Below are positions 1 to 14,407 of a stretch of 64,000 nucleotides of DNA, piece by piece (the stretch's first letter is position 1; each line of letters begins with the position of its first letter). The translations under genes and the position numbers were made by a program. The DNA is from Escherichia coli (GTDB lineage Bacteria; Pseudomonadota; Gammaproteobacteria; Enterobacterales; Enterobacteriaceae). The notes below the pieces were generated by a model. That model was not told the origin of the DNA. It was given only the letters and a program-made list of their open reading frames with translations, and searched no databases. The stretch lies in the NCBI RefSeq assembly GCF_030384885.1, contig NZ_CP128613.1, one strand, 5' to 3'.

Positions 1-174
1 CACTGCCGGGAACTTCCGCTGCTACTTAATAATTACAACAGATCTCGCATTCATTGCAACAATATATTCACTTATATTTAACTATAAAACACCATTTCAG
101 TGACATTAGTTTCTACTGGAAAGATGACAGAGTGATGACAGTGATGAAAAAAGCTGTGTGCTTTCAGCAGGATT

Positions 175-430
175 CGCATCAGGCATCAACGCACGAACGC
201 CGGATGCGGCGTGAACGCCTTATCCTGCCTACCGAACCCGCACCGATTGTAGGCATGATAAGACGCGCAAGCGTCGCATCAGGCATCAACGCACGAACGC
301 CGGATGCGGCGTGAAAGCCTTATCCAGCCTACCGAACCCGCACCGATTGTAGGCATGATAAGACGTGTAAGCGTCGCATCAGGCATCAGCGCACGAGCGC
401 CTGGTGCGGCGTAAACGCCTTATACGCCTA
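175..430. repeat. Tandem REP/BIME-type palindromic repeats, about 2.5 copies of a ~101 bp unit
   Basis: Near-identical blocks (gccggatgcggcgtgaacgcctta... / cgcatcaggcatcaacgcacgaacgcc...) recur with ~101 bp period; matches the REP consensus family. Confidence 0.7.
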
Positions 431-436
431 AAAACA

Positions 437-1708
437 TTAAACCCGCAATAATGCGCTTCCAAGATAATCGTTCGTGTCCTTCACACCCGGCAGCGCAAAG
501 AAATAGCCGCCACCGATGGGTTTAACGTATTCCTCCAGCGCCTCGCCATTCAACCTTTTTTGTACTGTCAGGAAGCCCTTTTCCAGATCGTGTTGGTAGC
601 AGACAAACAGCAACCCCATATCCAGTTGCCCGGAGTTGGTAACACCCAACGAATAACTGTAGCCACGACGCAGCATCAAACTAGACTCGCTCTCCGTCGT
701 GCGGGGATTCGCCAGCCGGATATGGCTGTCCAGCGCGATCACCTTCCCTTCCGGATCACTGGCGTAATCGGGAACATCATGCTCATGCTGCATTCCCAGC
801 GGCGCGCCGGTTTGTTTATCACGCCCAAATATCGTCTGCTGTTCTTTCAGCGGCGTTCTGTCCCAAAACTCCACCCGAAACTGAATCAACCGCACCGCCT
901 GGTAGCTGCCGCCGATAGCCCAGGCAGGCTCCTGCTGATCTGCCGTCACCCACACCACTTGTTGCATCAACTTATCATTCTGGCTATCGGGATTGGCAGT
1001 GCCGTCTTTGAAACCCAGCAAATTTATCGGCGTCTCTTTACCTTTACTACGCGCCGCGTGGTCGGAAATAAACCCTTCCCGCTTCCAACGCACGCTGAGC
1101 AAATCCGGCGTGTGTTTGATGATATCGCGCAGCGCATGGATCACCGTGTCCTGGGTGTTGGCGCAAATTTGTAGCAACACATCACCATGACATAACGCCG
1201 CATCCAGCGAGTCGTTGGGGAAACGCGTCATCTTCTGCAACTTTTTCGGCATCTGTGGCGCAAGACCAAACCGTTCATCAAACAACGAGTGACCAACTGA
1301 CAACGTGATGGTGAGATTATCGGGCGCAATGTAGCCGCCAAGAATGCCGGAATCGCGTGGTGGCAGGCGTGGATTTGGCGTTTCTGGTGCCGCTCCGCCC
1401 TGAGTCAGAAAAGCAAAACGCTGAGTCAACAAGCGAAACAATCGCTCAAGATCAGCTTTATCGCTGGCAAGCACATCAAACGCCACCAGCATCATTGCCG
1501 CCTGCTGCGGCGTCAGAATACCCGCCTGATGTTCGCCATAAAACGGCTGCGCTTCACTGCGCGCATCCGGTGAAAGCGTCCCCGGCGCACTTAGTGGTTT
1601 TTGCGCATGCGCTACCGGGCAACTTCCCGCCAGTGCCAGCGCGCCAATCCCTTTCAGTAAACGTCGGCGTGACGGTTTATTCACGCCGTTTTCATCTTCA
1701 TACTGCAT
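437..1708 (-). CDS. efeB: Dye-decolorizing peroxidase / deferrochelatase EfeB (Tat-exported)
   Basis: 423 aa ORF; N-terminal twin-arginine motif [10 protein letters not shown]; sequence recalled as EfeB/YcdB. Confidence 0.93.
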   Translation of the reverse strand: MQYEDENGVNKPSRRRLLKGIGALALAGSCPVAHAQKPLSAPGTLSPDARSEAQPFYGEHQAGILTPQQAAMMLVAFDVLASDKADLERLFRLLTQRFAFLTQGGAAPETPNPRLPPRDSGILGGYIAPDNLTITLSVGHSLFDERFGLAPQMPKKLQKMTRFPNDSLDAALCHGDVLLQICANTQDTVIHALRDIIKHTPDLLSVRWKREGFISDHAARSKGKETPINLLGFKDGTANPDSQNDKLMQQVVWVTADQQEPAWAIGGSYQAVRLIQFRVEFWDRTPLKEQQTIFGRDKQTGAPLGMQHEHDVPDYASDPEGKVIALDSHIRLANPRTTESESSLMLRRGYSYSLGVTNSGQLDMGLLFVCYQHDLEKGFLTVQKRLNGEALEEYVKPIGGGYFFALPGVKDTNDYLGSALLRV

Positions 1709-1713
1709 AACGC

Positions 1714-2841
1714 TTAATCCAGTCCCAGCACACCGCGAAGTTGCGCCAGATCTTCCGCTAGCGCAGTAATCGGCCCTTTCAGCGCATTACGATCGGCATC
1801 GGTCAATTTGTCGTAGGTTTCAAAACCGTCTTTGGTACGGTATTTCGCCAGAATGGTATCGACCTTTTTGAAGTTAGCATCGACTTTTGCCAGCAGTTCC
1901 GGGTTGGCTTTTTGTAGTTGTGGACGCAGCAGATCGACAATTTTCTGCGAGCCTTCAACGTTAGCCTGGAAGTCCCACAGATCGGTGTGGCTGTAGCGAT
2001 CTTCTTCACCGCTGATTTTGCTGGCTGCCACTTCCTCAATCAGTCCGGCTGCGCCGCCGACCACTTTTGAAGGTGGGAAAGCCAGTTCACTGATGCGTTT
2101 TTGCAAATCGACCACATCGGTATAAAGCTGGTCAGCATACTGATCCATTCCTTTGGTGGTATTGTCGCCAAACAATGCTTTTTCCAGACGGTGGAAACCG
2201 GTGAATTTCGGATCGGCGGCTTTTTGCTCGTAATCATCTTCACGGGCGTCAATGCTGCCATCCAGATCGGAGAAAAGTTCAGCAATCGGTTCGATGCGCT
2301 CATAGTGCTGGCGCGTCGGCGCATACAGTGCTTTCGCTTTTTCGATATCGCCTGCTTTAATAGCGTCGGTAAAGGCTTTGGTGTCGGTCACCAGTTGCGT
2401 GGTTTCCGCCATGACATACGCTTTATATGCAGTAATTGCACCACCAAGACTTAACAGCGCATCACTTTGCGCCGCATCCGCCGTTGCTTCACCTTTGACG
2501 ATCAACTTCCCTTTCGGGTTAGTCAGCAGACCGCAGGTCATATCGTATTCGCCAGGCTGTAAATTCGCCGTCATTTTCTGGCTAAAACCAGGGGCGATAT
2601 TTTCCCGCTCTTCCACCACCATCACGCCTTTGAGGATCTCCCACTCCAGCGCCTTCTGGCTATGGTTCTGAATAATGAACTGTGTTTTCCCGGCGTTAAC
2701 CGTAATGGTCATCGGTTCGCACTGCTTATCTGTCACAGTGACTTTGACCTGCGGAATATCAGCGGCGTTAGCCATAAAAGCAGAAGAGAACAGCGCAGCC
2801 ACGCTCAACTGCAATGCGTTACGGCGGAAGTTAATGGTCAT
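1714..2841 (-). CDS. efeO: Periplasmic iron-uptake protein EfeO
   Basis: 375 aa ORF with signal peptide; 6 bp upstream of efeB, operon order efeU-efeO-efeB. Confidence 0.93.
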   Translation of the reverse strand: MTINFRRNALQLSVAALFSSAFMANAADIPQVKVTVTDKQCEPMTITVNAGKTQFIIQNHSQKALEWEILKGVMVVEERENIAPGFSQKMTANLQPGEYDMTCGLLTNPKGKLIVKGEATADAAQSDALLSLGGAITAYKAYVMAETTQLVTDTKAFTDAIKAGDIEKAKALYAPTRQHYERIEPIAELFSDLDGSIDAREDDYEQKAADPKFTGFHRLEKALFGDNTTKGMDQYADQLYTDVVDLQKRISELAFPPSKVVGGAAGLIEEVAASKISGEEDRYSHTDLWDFQANVEGSQKIVDLLRPQLQKANPELLAKVDANFKKVDTILAKYRTKDGFETYDKLTDADRNALKGPITALAEDLAQLRGVLGLD

Positions 2842-2898
2842 GACGAGACTATCCCTTTAAAGTATGTTGTAACTAAGCAAGAGTTTGCGTCATTTTCG

Positions 2899-3729
2899 TT
2901 ACGCGGAGCGAGACGCTGTCGCCCCTGCGCGCGGCGGCAGAGCAAATGCCACCAGCGCCGGGATGAGATAAATAAACCAGACGGCGACTTCGCTGACGCT
3001 CGGCGCTTCCTGATAACCAAAGATACCTTCCATCAGCGTACCGAACAGCGAGTGAGTTGAGAGCACCGCGCTCATATCGAAGGCGATTTCCTGAAAGTGG
3101 TTCCACAGCCCGGCTTCATGAAACGCGCGAATAGCACCTGCCGCCAGCCCTGCGGCGACGAAGAGAATAAACAGGCTGGTCCATTTAAAAAACGCGCCAA
3201 GATTGAGGCGAATACCGCCCCAGTAGAGCAGGAAGCCGAGCACCACGGCTGTAGCAAGACCGAGCATTGCACCCAGCGGAGGCCAGATACCGACATCTTG
3301 TTGAAACGCCGCCAGCAGGAAAAAGACCGACTCCAGTCCTTCCCTTGCAACGGCAAAAAAGACCATCATCACCAGCGCCCAGCCATGATGATTCCCACGC
3401 TGCAATGCGCTATCGACTGCCTGTTCCAGTTGCACTTTGACGTTGCGCGACACTTTACGCATCCAGAAAACCATCCAGGTGAGGATCACCACGGCAATCA
3501 CCGCCACGATACCTTCGAACAATTCCTGCTCTTTTTGCGGAAATTCGCCGGTAGTTTCATTAATGAATATACCCAGCCCCAGGCACAACGCAGCGGCTAG
3601 CAACACGCCAATCCACATGACACCAATCCATCGACCTCGCTGGGTACGCTTAAGATAGCTGGCAATCAGGCTGACAATCAGCGCGGCTTCAAGTCCTTCG
3701 CGCAACATAATGAGAAACGGAACAAACAT
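2899..3729 (-). CDS. efeU: Ferrous iron permease EfeU (FTR1 family), apparently intact
   Basis: Continuous ORF; 276 aa from MFVPF; REGLE motifs (REGLEAAL, REGLESVF) typical of FTR1 permeases; no frameshift seen. Confidence 0.85.
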   Translation of the reverse strand: MFVPFLIMLREGLEAALIVSLIASYLKRTQRGRWIGVMWIGVLLAAALCLGLGIFINETTGEFPQKEQELFEGIVAVIAVVILTWMVFWMRKVSRNVKVQLEQAVDSALQRGNHHGWALVMMVFFAVAREGLESVFFLLAAFQQDVGIWPPLGAMLGLATAVVLGFLLYWGGIRLNLGAFFKWTSLFILFVAAGLAAGAIRAFHEAGLWNHFQEIAFDMSAVLSTHSLFGTLMEGIFGYQEAPSVSEVAVWFIYLIPALVAFALPPRAGATASRSA

Positions 3730-3948
3730 GCCACCCACCCTTAAACGTTTTTCTGAGTCAATCTATGCAAAGAAAAGTAAATCGCAGTGATAGCGATTAT
3801 CATTACGGTGAAGAAAAACACAAGCGGAATGTAGTGATAATGATGAGGAAATGTAAATTTTATTTGAGAGAAAATGCAGAGGGCAATCACTGATTGCCCT
3901 CTGCCTGCTTCTGATTATGGCGTGGAATTTTCGGTAAAACGCCTTCCC

Positions 3949-5457
<1,509 letters not shown>

Positions 5458-5645
5458 CTAAAGTCTCCAAAAAATTATTATCGGCAATGTCGAAACTTGC
5501 CGTTATATCTGCCACCGGAACGGGGTAGCAGAGTTTATGTTTTACCAGGGCGACCGTATCCTGCCGGAAGCGCTGGTTATTCACAATCGATTTAACACAC
5601 CATTTACATTAAATTTTAGTGCTCAGCGATACTATTTTTCATCAG

Positions 5646-5853
5646 GTTGCACTCCCTCACATTTTTTGTGGTTGCACCTTTCAAAAATGTTAACTGCCGC
5701 AGAGAAAAAGTCTGAGTTATTTTTTTAATCCCTGTCATATCGATTTCTTTTATTAACATTTCATTCATTTTTAAGCTTGCTACGCAGGTCACATTTAACA
5801 TAGTTGCACAAAGTTGCAACATCATGGATATTTCACGATAACGTTAAGTTGCA
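5646..5853. promoter_or_regulatory. put control region with five GTTGCA PutA operator motifs
   Basis: GTTGCA at 5646-5651, 5671-5676, 5803-5808, 5813-5818, 5848-5853 in the putP-putA divergent intergenic region. Confidence 0.6.
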
Positions 5854-5879
5854 CCTTTCAGAACAACAGGAGTAATGGC

Positions 5880-8800
5880 ATGGGAACCACCACCATGGGG
5901 GTTAAGCTGGACGACGCGACGCGTGAACGCATTAAGTCTGCCGCGACACGTATCGATCGCACACCGCACTGGTTAATTAAGCAGGCGATTTTTTCTTATC
6001 TTGAACAACTGGAAAACAGCGATACTCTGCCGGAGCTACCTGCGCTGCTTTCTGGCGCGGCCAATGAGAGCGATGAAGTACCGAATCCGGCAGAGGAACC
6101 ACACCAGCCATTCCTCGACTTTGCCGAGCAAATTTTGCCACAGTCGGTTTCCCGTGCGGCTATCACCGCCGCCTATCGCCGCCCGGAAACCGAAGCGGTT
6201 TCTATGCTGCTGGAACAAGCTCGCCTGCCGCAGCCGGTTGCTGAACAGGCGCATAAACTGGCGTATCAACTGGCCGATAAACTGCGTAATCAAAAAAATG
6301 CCAGTGGTCGCGCAGGCATGGTTCAGGGATTATTGCAGGAGTTTTCGCTGTCATCGCAGGAAGGCGTGGCGCTGATGTGTCTGGCGGAAGCACTATTGCG
6401 TATTCCCGACAAAGCCACCCGTGATGCGTTAATACGCGACAAAATCAGCAACGGTAACTGGCAGTCACATATTGGTCGTAGCCCGTCGCTGTTTGTTAAT
6501 GCCGCCACCTGGGGGCTTCTCTTTACCGGCAAACTGGTTTCTACCCATAACGAAGCCAGCCTCTCCCGTTCGCTGAATCGCATTATCGGTAAGAGTGGCG
6601 AACCGCTAATCCGCAAAGGTGTGGATATGGCGATGCGTCTGATGGGCGAGCAGTTCGTCACTGGTGAAACCATCGCGGAAGCGTTAGCCAATGCCCGCAA
6701 GCTGGAAGAGAAAGGTTTCCGTTACTCCTACGATATGCTGGGCGAAGCCGCACTGACCGCAGCGGACGCGCAGGCATATATGGTTTCCTATCAGCAGGCG
6801 ATTCACGCTATTGGTAAAGCCTCCAATGGTCGTGGCATCTATGAAGGTCCAGGCATTTCAATCAAGCTGTCGGCGCTGCATCCGCGCTACAGCCGCGCCC
6901 AGTACGATCGGTTAATGGAAGAGCTTTACCCGCGTCTGAAATCATTAACCTTGCTGGCGCGTCAGTACGATATTGGTATTAACATTGATGCCGAAGAGGC
7001 CGATCGTCTGGAGATCTCCCTCGATCTGTTGGAAAAGCTTTGTTTCGAGCCTGAACTGGCAGGCTGGAACGGCATCGGTTTTGTTATTCAGGCTTATCAA
7101 AAACGCTGCCCGCTGGTGATCGATTACCTGATTGATCTCGCCACCCGCAGCCGTCGTCGTCTGATGATTCGCCTGGTGAAAGGCGCGTACTGGGATAGTG
7201 AAATCAAACGTGCGCAAATGGACGGCCTTGAAGGTTATCCGGTTTATACCCGCAAGGTGTATACCGATGTTTCTTATCTCGCTTGTGCGAAAAAGCTGCT
7301 GGCGGTGCCAAATCTCATTTACCCGCAGTTTGCAACGCACAACGCCCACACGCTGGCGGCGATTTATCAACTGGCAGGTCAAAACTACTATCCGGGTCAG
7401 TACGAGTTCCAGTGCCTGCATGGTATGGGCGAGCCACTGTATGAGCAGGTCACCGGGAAAGTTGCCGACGGCAAACTTAACCGTCCGTGTCGTATTTATG
7501 CTCCGGTCGGTACCCATGAAACACTGCTGGCATATCTGGTGCGTCGCCTGCTGGAAAACGGTGCTAACACCTCGTTTGTTAACCGTATTGCTGATACCTC
7601 TTTGCCACTGGATGAACTGGTTGCCGATCCAGTCACTGCAGTAGAAAAACTGGCGCAACAGGAAGGGCAAACTGGATTACCCCATCCGAAAATTCCCCTG
7701 CCGCGCGATCTTTACGGTCACGGGCGCGACAACTCGGCAGGGCTGGATCTCGCCAATGAACACCGACTGGCCTCGCTCTCCTCAGCCCTGCTCAACAGTG
7801 CACTGCAAAAATGGCAGGCCTTGCCAATGCTGGAACAACCGGTCGCGGCTGGTGAAATGTCACCCGTTATCAACCCGGCGGAACCGAAAGATATTGTGGG
7901 CTATGTGCGTGAAGCCACGCCACGTGAAGTAGAACAGGCGCTGGAAAGTGCAGTTAATAACGCGCCAATCTGGTTTGCCACGCCTCCGGCCGAACGCGCG
8001 GCGATTTTGCATCGCGCTGCCGTACTGATGGAAAGTCAGATGCAGCAACTGATTGGTATTCTGGTACGTGAGGCCGGAAAAACCTTCAGTAACGCCATTG
8101 CCGAAGTGCGTGAAGCCGTCGATTTTCTCCACTACTACGCGGGACAGGTGCGGGATGATTTCGCTAACGAAACCCACCGTCCATTAGGGCCTGTGGTGTG
8201 TATCAGCCCGTGGAATTTCCCGCTGGCGATTTTCACCGGGCAAATCGCTGCCGCACTGGCGGCAGGTAACAGCGTACTGGCAAAACCGGCAGAACAAACG
8301 CCGCTGATTGCCGCACAAGGGATTGCCATTTTGCTGGAAGCGGGTGTACCGCCAGGCGTGGTGCAGTTGTTGCCCGGTCAGGGTGAAACCGTAGGCGCGC
8401 AACTGACGGGTGATGATCGCGTGCGCGGGGTGATGTTTACCGGATCAACCGAAGTCGCTACGTTACTGCAACGCAATATCGCCAGCCGCCTGGACGCTCA
8501 GGGTCGCCCAATTCCACTCATTGCGGAAACCGGCGGCATGAACGCGATGATTGTCGATTCTTCAGCACTGACCGAACAAGTCGTAATAGATGTGCTGGCC
8601 TCGGCCTTCGACAGTGCGGGTCAGCGTTGTTCGGCACTGCGCGTGCTGTGCCTGCAAGATGAGATTGCCGACCACACGTTGAAAATGCTGCGCGGCGCAA
8701 TGGCCGAATGCCGGATGGGTAATCCGGGTCGCCTGACCACCGATATCGGTCCGGTGATTGATGGCGAAGCGAAAGCCAATATCGAGCGCCATATTCAGAC

Positions 8801-9842
8801 TATGCGTAGTAAAGGCCGTCCGGTGTTCCAGGCGGTGCGGGAAAACAGTGAAGATGCCCGTGAGTGGCAAAGTGGCACCTTTGTCGCCCCGACGCTGATC
8901 GAACTGGATGATTTTGCCGAATTGCAAAAAGAGGTATTTGGTCCGGTGCTGCATGTGGTGCGTTACAACCGTAACCAGTTGCCGGAACTGATCGAACAGA
9001 TTAACGCTTCCGGTTATGGTCTGACGCTTGGCGTCCATACGCGCATTGATGAAACCATTGCCCAGGTCACTGGCTCGGCCCATGTCGGTAATCTGTATGT
9101 TAACCGTAATATGGTGGGCGCAGTGGTTGGGGTGCAACCATTCGGCGGCGAAGGGTTGTCCGGCACCGGGCCGAAAGCAGGCGGCCCGCTCTATCTCTAC
9201 CGTCTGCTGGCGAATCGCCCGGAAAGTGCGCTGGCGGTGACACTGGCGCGTCAGGATGCAGAGTATCCGGTCGATGCACAATTGAAATCCGCATTGATCC
9301 AGCCGCTAAATGCACTGCGTGAATGGTCGGCAAACCGTCCAGAATTGCAGGCGTTATGTACGCAATATAGCGAGCTGGCGCAGGCAGGAACACAACGATT
9401 GCTGCCAGGGCCGACGGGTGAACGCAACACCTGGACGCTGCTGCCGCGTGAGCGCGTGTTGTGTATTGCGGATGATGAACAGGATGCGCTGACTCAGCTC
9501 GCCGCCGTGCTGGCGGTGGGCAGCCAGGTGCTGTGGCCGGATGACGCTCTGCATCGTCAGTTAGTGAAGGCATTGCCATCGGCAGTCAGCGAACGTATTC
9601 AACTGGCGAAAGTGGAAAATATTACCGCTCAACCGTTTAATGCGGTGATCTTCCACGGGGATTCGGATCAGCTTCGTGCATTGTGTGAAGCGGTTGCCGC
9701 GCGGGATGGCGCAATTGTTTCGGTGCAGGGTTTTGCCCGTGGCGAAAGCAATATCCTGCTGGAACGGTTGTATATCGAGCGTTCGCTGAGCGTGAATACC
9801 GCTGCCGCTGGCGGTAACGCCAGTTTAATGACGATTGGTTAA
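5880..9842 (+). CDS. putA: Bifunctional proline dehydrogenase / P5C dehydrogenase and repressor PutA
   Basis: 1320 aa from ATG at 5880 (MGTTTMGVKLDD...); the track ORF starts upstream at a TTG in frame. Confidence 0.95.
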   Translation: MGTTTMGVKLDDATRERIKSAATRIDRTPHWLIKQAIFSYLEQLENSDTLPELPALLSGAANESDEVPNPAEEPHQPFLDFAEQILPQSVSRAAITAAYRRPETEAVSMLLEQARLPQPVAEQAHKLAYQLADKLRNQKNASGRAGMVQGLLQEFSLSSQEGVALMCLAEALLRIPDKATRDALIRDKISNGNWQSHIGRSPSLFVNAATWGLLFTGKLVSTHNEASLSRSLNRIIGKSGEPLIRKGVDMAMRLMGEQFVTGETIAEALANARKLEEKGFRYSYDMLGEAALTAADAQAYMVSYQQAIHAIGKASNGRGIYEGPGISIKLSALHPRYSRAQYDRLMEELYPRLKSLTLLARQYDIGINIDAEEADRLEISLDLLEKLCFEPELAGWNGIGFVIQAYQKRCPLVIDYLIDLATRSRRRLMIRLVKGAYWDSEIKRAQMDGLEGYPVYTRKVYTDVSYLACAKKLLAVPNLIYPQFATHNAHTLAAIYQLAGQNYYPGQYEFQCLHGMGEPLYEQVTGKVADGKLNRPCRIYAPVGTHETLLAYLVRRLLENGANTSFVNRIADTSLPLDELVADPVTAVEKLAQQEGQTGLPHPKIPLPRDLYGHGRDNSAGLDLANEHRLASLSSALLNSALQKWQALPMLEQPVAAGEMSPVINPAEPKDIVGYVREATPREVEQALESAVNNAPIWFATPPAERAAILHRAAVLMESQMQQLIGILVREAGKTFSNAIAEVREAVDFLHYYAGQVRDDFANETHRPLGPVVCISPWNFPLAIFTGQIAAALAAGNSVLAKPAEQTPLIAAQGIAILLEAGVPPGVVQLLPGQGETVGAQLTGDDRVRGVMFTGSTEVATLLQRNIASRLDAQGRPIPLIAETGGMNAMIVDSSALTEQVVIDVLASAFDSAGQRCSALRVLCLQDEIADHTLKMLRGAMAECRMGNPGRLTTDIGPVIDGEAKANIERHIQTMRSKGRPVFQAVRENSEDAREWQSGTFVAPTLIELDDFAELQKEVFGPVLHVVRYNRNQLPELIEQINASGYGLTLGVHTRIDETIAQVTGSAHVGNLYVNRNMVGAVVGVQPFGGEGLSGTGPKAGGPLYLYRLLANRPESALAVTLARQDAEYPVDAQLKSALIQPLNALREWSANRPELQALCTQYSELAQAGTQRLLPGPTGERNTWTLLPRERVLCIADDEQDALTQLAAVLAVGSQVLWPDDALHRQLVKALPSAVSERIQLAKVENITAQPFNAVIFHGDSDQLRALCEAVAARDGAIVSVQGFARGESNILLERLYIERSLSVNTAAAGGNASLMTIG

Positions 9843-9881
9843 GCAGGTTGCCGGAGGATGCTATAACCTCCTCCGGCATCA

Positions 9882-10520
9882 TTAACGTGGTCGAATCCCC
9901 TCAAGAATAATCCGCTGCACGTTTTCAACCGTTTGATTGAAAAACACTTCATCGCGCAACGTGGCACCTGTCACCGCCTCCACCTGAGGGGCGAAATCGG
10001 CGTAATGTTGAGTGGAAGCCCAGATCATAAAAATCAAATGCTGCGGATCAATCAGCGCGAGTTTGCCGCTTTTAACCCAACCGGCAATCAGCGCCGATTT
10101 CTCATCAATTAACGTTTTCAAATCGCCCGTTAGCTCATCCATTAATAACGGTGCGCCTGCCAACATCTCCATACAGAACAGGCGCGAAGCCTGCGGATAA
10201 TCGCGGGAGACTTCCAGCTTCAGACGGATGTACTCTTTAATCGCTGCCAGCGGGGCGAAATCTTCTCGAAACGCTTTTAACGGTGCCAGCCAGATATCGA
10301 GAATCTGCCGCAGTACGGCTATATACAGCGCCTCTTTTGACGGAAAGTAATACAGCAGATTGGTTTTTGAAACACCCGCCAACTCCGCGATCTGCTCCAG
10401 CCTTGTGCCGTGAAAACCGAATTGTGAAAAAGTGTCCAGTGCTGCGCTAAGAATCGCTTTTTTCTTCGCGCTCACTGCGCGCGAACGTTTACCCGTTGTT
10501 TTCACTGCGCCTTGCGTCAT
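9882..10520 (-). CDS. rutR: TetR-family pyrimidine utilization regulator RutR
   Basis: 212 aa from MTQGAVKTTGKR; TetR-type N-terminal HTH. Confidence 0.9.
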   Translation of the reverse strand: MTQGAVKTTGKRSRAVSAKKKAILSAALDTFSQFGFHGTRLEQIAELAGVSKTNLLYYFPSKEALYIAVLRQILDIWLAPLKAFREDFAPLAAIKEYIRLKLEVSRDYPQASRLFCMEMLAGAPLLMDELTGDLKTLIDEKSALIAGWVKSGKLALIDPQHLIFMIWASTQHYADFAPQVEAVTGATLRDEVFFNQTVENVQRIILEGIRPR

Positions 10521-10626
10521 GCGCTCTCCCCTCTTGTTGATTGGCAACAGGATAGCAAAACCCCCGCCCGGCCTCGACCTTCTGCACTCTCATCGCGCAC
10601 GAATGCATGTTTTATGTGCAATTGTT

Positions 10627-10642
10627 TTGACCGTTTAGTCCA
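10627..10642. promoter_or_regulatory. Candidate RutR operator (ttgaccgtttagtcca)
   Basis: 12/14 match to the recalled palindrome TTGACCAnnTGGTCAA, in the rutR-rutA intergenic region. Confidence 0.35.
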
Positions 10643-10706
10643 CTTTTTTCCAGGTATTTTAGATAACTTAACATTAACACATTAATAACATTCACTTTTT
10701 AAAAAC

Positions 10707-10722
10707 TGGCATCCGCTTTGCA
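10707..10722 (+). promoter_or_regulatory. Sigma54 (-24/-12) promoter upstream of rutA
   Basis: TGGCAT-N5-TTGCA fits the TGGCAC-N5-TTGCW consensus; the rut operon is known to be NtrC/sigma54 dependent. Confidence 0.6.
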
Positions 10723-10750
10723 AACAAACCATTACGCGGCTGAAAAGGAT

Positions 10751-12591
<1,841 letters not shown>

Positions 12592-12602
12592 GGAGTTTAA
12601 TG

Positions 12603-12989
12603 ATGCCGAAATCCGTAATTATTCCTGCTGGCAGCAGCGCACCGCTGGCCCCCTTCGTTCCCGGCACGATGGCTGATGGCGTGGTGTATGTCTCCGGCAC
12701 GCTGGCTTTTGATCAACATAATAACGTGCTGTTTGCCGATGACCCAAAGGCGCAAACCCGCCACGTTCTGGAGACCATCCGCAAGGTTATCGAGACGGCG
12801 GGTGGCACGATGGCGGACGTGACCTTCAACAGCATCTTTATTACCGACTGGAAAAATTACGCCGCGATTAACGAAATCTACGCCGAGTTTTTCCCTGATG
12901 ATAAACCGGCGCGATTCTGCATTCAGTGCGGACTGGTAAAACCTGACGCGCTGGTGGAAATCGCCACAATTGCGCATATCGCCAAGTGA
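12603..12989 (+). CDS. rutC: Aminoacrylate peracid reductase RutC (RidA/YjgF family)
   Basis: 128 aa from [10 protein letters not shown]; AAGGAG RBS upstream; in-frame ATG also at 12600. Confidence 0.9.
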   Translation: MPKSVIIPAGSSAPLAPFVPGTMADGVVYVSGTLAFDQHNNVLFADDPKAQTRHVLETIRKVIETAGGTMADVTFNSIFITDWKNYAAINEIYAEFFPDDKPARFCIQCGLVKPDALVEIATIAHIAK

Positions 12990-12996
12990 GGCCGCG

Positions 12997-13797
12997 ATGA
13001 AACTTTCACTCTCACCTCCCCCTTATGCTGATGCGCCCGTAGTGGTGTTGATTTCGGGTCTTGGCGGTAGCGGCAGTTACTGGTTACCGCAACTGGCGGT
13101 GCTGGAGCAGGAGTATCAGATAGTCTGTTACGACCAGCGCGGCACAGGCAATAATCCCGACACGCTGGCAGAAGATTACAGTATCGCCCAGATGGCAACG
13201 GAACTGCATCAGGCGCTGGTAGCCGCAGGGATTGAGCATTACGCAGTGGTCGGCCATGCGCTCGGTGCGCTGGTGGGAATGCAGCTGGCGCTGGATTATC
13301 CCGCGTCGGTCACTGCACTGGTCAGCGTTAACGGCTGGCTACGAATAAACGCCCATACGCGCCGCTGTTTTCAGGTTCGCGAACGATTACTGCATAGCGG
13401 CGGCGCGCAGGCATGGGTGGAAGCGCAGCCGTTGTTCCTCTACCCCGCCGACTGGATGGCGGCCCGCGCCCCTCGCCTTGAGGCAGAAGACGCGCTGGCA
13501 CTGGCGCATTTTCAGGGCAAAAATAATTTACTGCGTCGACTTAACGCCCTCAAACGCGCTGACTTTAGTCGCCATGCGGATCGCATTCGCTGCCCGGTGC
13601 AAATCATCTGCGCCAGTGATGATCTGCTCGTGCCATCAGCATGTTCCAGTGAACTTCATGCCGCCCTGCCCGATAGCCAGAAAATGGTGATGCGCAATGG
13701 CGGACACGCCTGCAACGTGACCGATCCCGAAACGTTTAATGCTCTGTTACTCAACGGGCTTGCCAGCCTGTTACATCACCGTGAAGCCGCCCTGTAA
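12997..13797 (+). CDS. rutD: Alpha/beta hydrolase RutD
   Basis: 266 aa from [10 protein letters not shown]. Confidence 0.9.
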   Translation: MKLSLSPPPYADAPVVVLISGLGGSGSYWLPQLAVLEQEYQIVCYDQRGTGNNPDTLAEDYSIAQMATELHQALVAAGIEHYAVVGHALGALVGMQLALDYPASVTALVSVNGWLRINAHTRRCFQVRERLLHSGGAQAWVEAQPLFLYPADWMAARAPRLEAEDALALAHFQGKNNLLRRLNALKRADFSRHADRIRCPVQIICASDDLLVPSACSSELHAALPDSQKMVMRNGGHACNVTDPETFNALLLNGLASLLHHREAAL

Positions 13798-13806
13798 GGA
13801 ATTGCT

Positions 13807-14397
13807 ATGAACGAAGCCGTTAGCCCTGGTGCGCTTAGCACCCTGTTCACCGATGCCCGCACTCACAACGGCTGGCGAGAGACACCCGTCAGCGATGAGA
13901 CATTACGGGAGATTTATGCCCTGATGAAATGGGGGCCGACATCAGCTAACTGTTCTCCGGCACGGATCGTGTTTATCCGCACTGCAGAAGGAAAAGAACG
14001 TCTGCGCCCGGCGCTTTCCAGCGGCAATCTGCAAAAAACCCTGACCGCGCCCGTCACCGCGATCGTCGCCTGGGACAGTGAATTTTATGAACGGTTACCA
14101 CAGCTGTTTCCTCACGGCGATGCCCGCAGTTGGTTTACCTCCAGCCCACAACTTGCCGAAGAAACAGCGTTTCGCAACAGTTCCATGCAGGCAGCCTATC
14201 TAATCGTCGCCTGCCGTGCGCTGGGGCTGGATACCGGCCCGATGTCCGGCTTTGACCGTCAACACGTGGACGACGCCTTTTTTACGGGCAGCACGCTGAA
14301 GAGCAATCTGCTGATTAATATCGGCTATGGCGATAGCAGCAAGCTTTATGCGCGCCTGCCACGTCTGTCCTTTGAAGAAGCCTGCGGGCTGTTGTAA
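13807..14397 (+). CDS. rutE: Nitroreductase-family malonic semialdehyde reductase RutE
   Basis: 196 aa ORF. Confidence 0.9.
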   Translation: MNEAVSPGALSTLFTDARTHNGWRETPVSDETLREIYALMKWGPTSANCSPARIVFIRTAEGKERLRPALSSGNLQKTLTAPVTAIVAWDSEFYERLPQLFPHGDARSWFTSSPQLAEETAFRNSSMQAAYLIVACRALGLDTGPMSGFDRQHVDDAFFTGSTLKSNLLINIGYGDSSKLYARLPRLSFEEACGLL

Positions 14398-14407
14398 GGA
14401 GCAAACT

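Noticed and set aside
54-314. 86 aa ORF within the REP array upstream of efeB
   Set aside because: Composed of REP palindrome sequence; its repetitive translation (…GINARTPDAA) reflects the repeat, not a gene.
175-430. Possible CRISPR array suggested by periodic repeats
   Set aside because: The repeats match REP/BIME palindromes, the whole ~101 bp unit including the would-be spacer is duplicated, and no cas genes are nearby.
5814-5879. N-terminal extension of putA from an upstream TTG (track ORF of 1342 aa)
   Set aside because: The recalled PutA N-terminus (MGTTTMGVK) starts at the ATG at 5880, and the extension runs through the put operator region.
6945-7670. 241 aa antisense ORF inside putA (also 8562-9281 and 9100-9579)
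   Set aside because: Shadow ORFs on the opposite strand of a well-supported, GC-rich gene; no RBS and no independent support.
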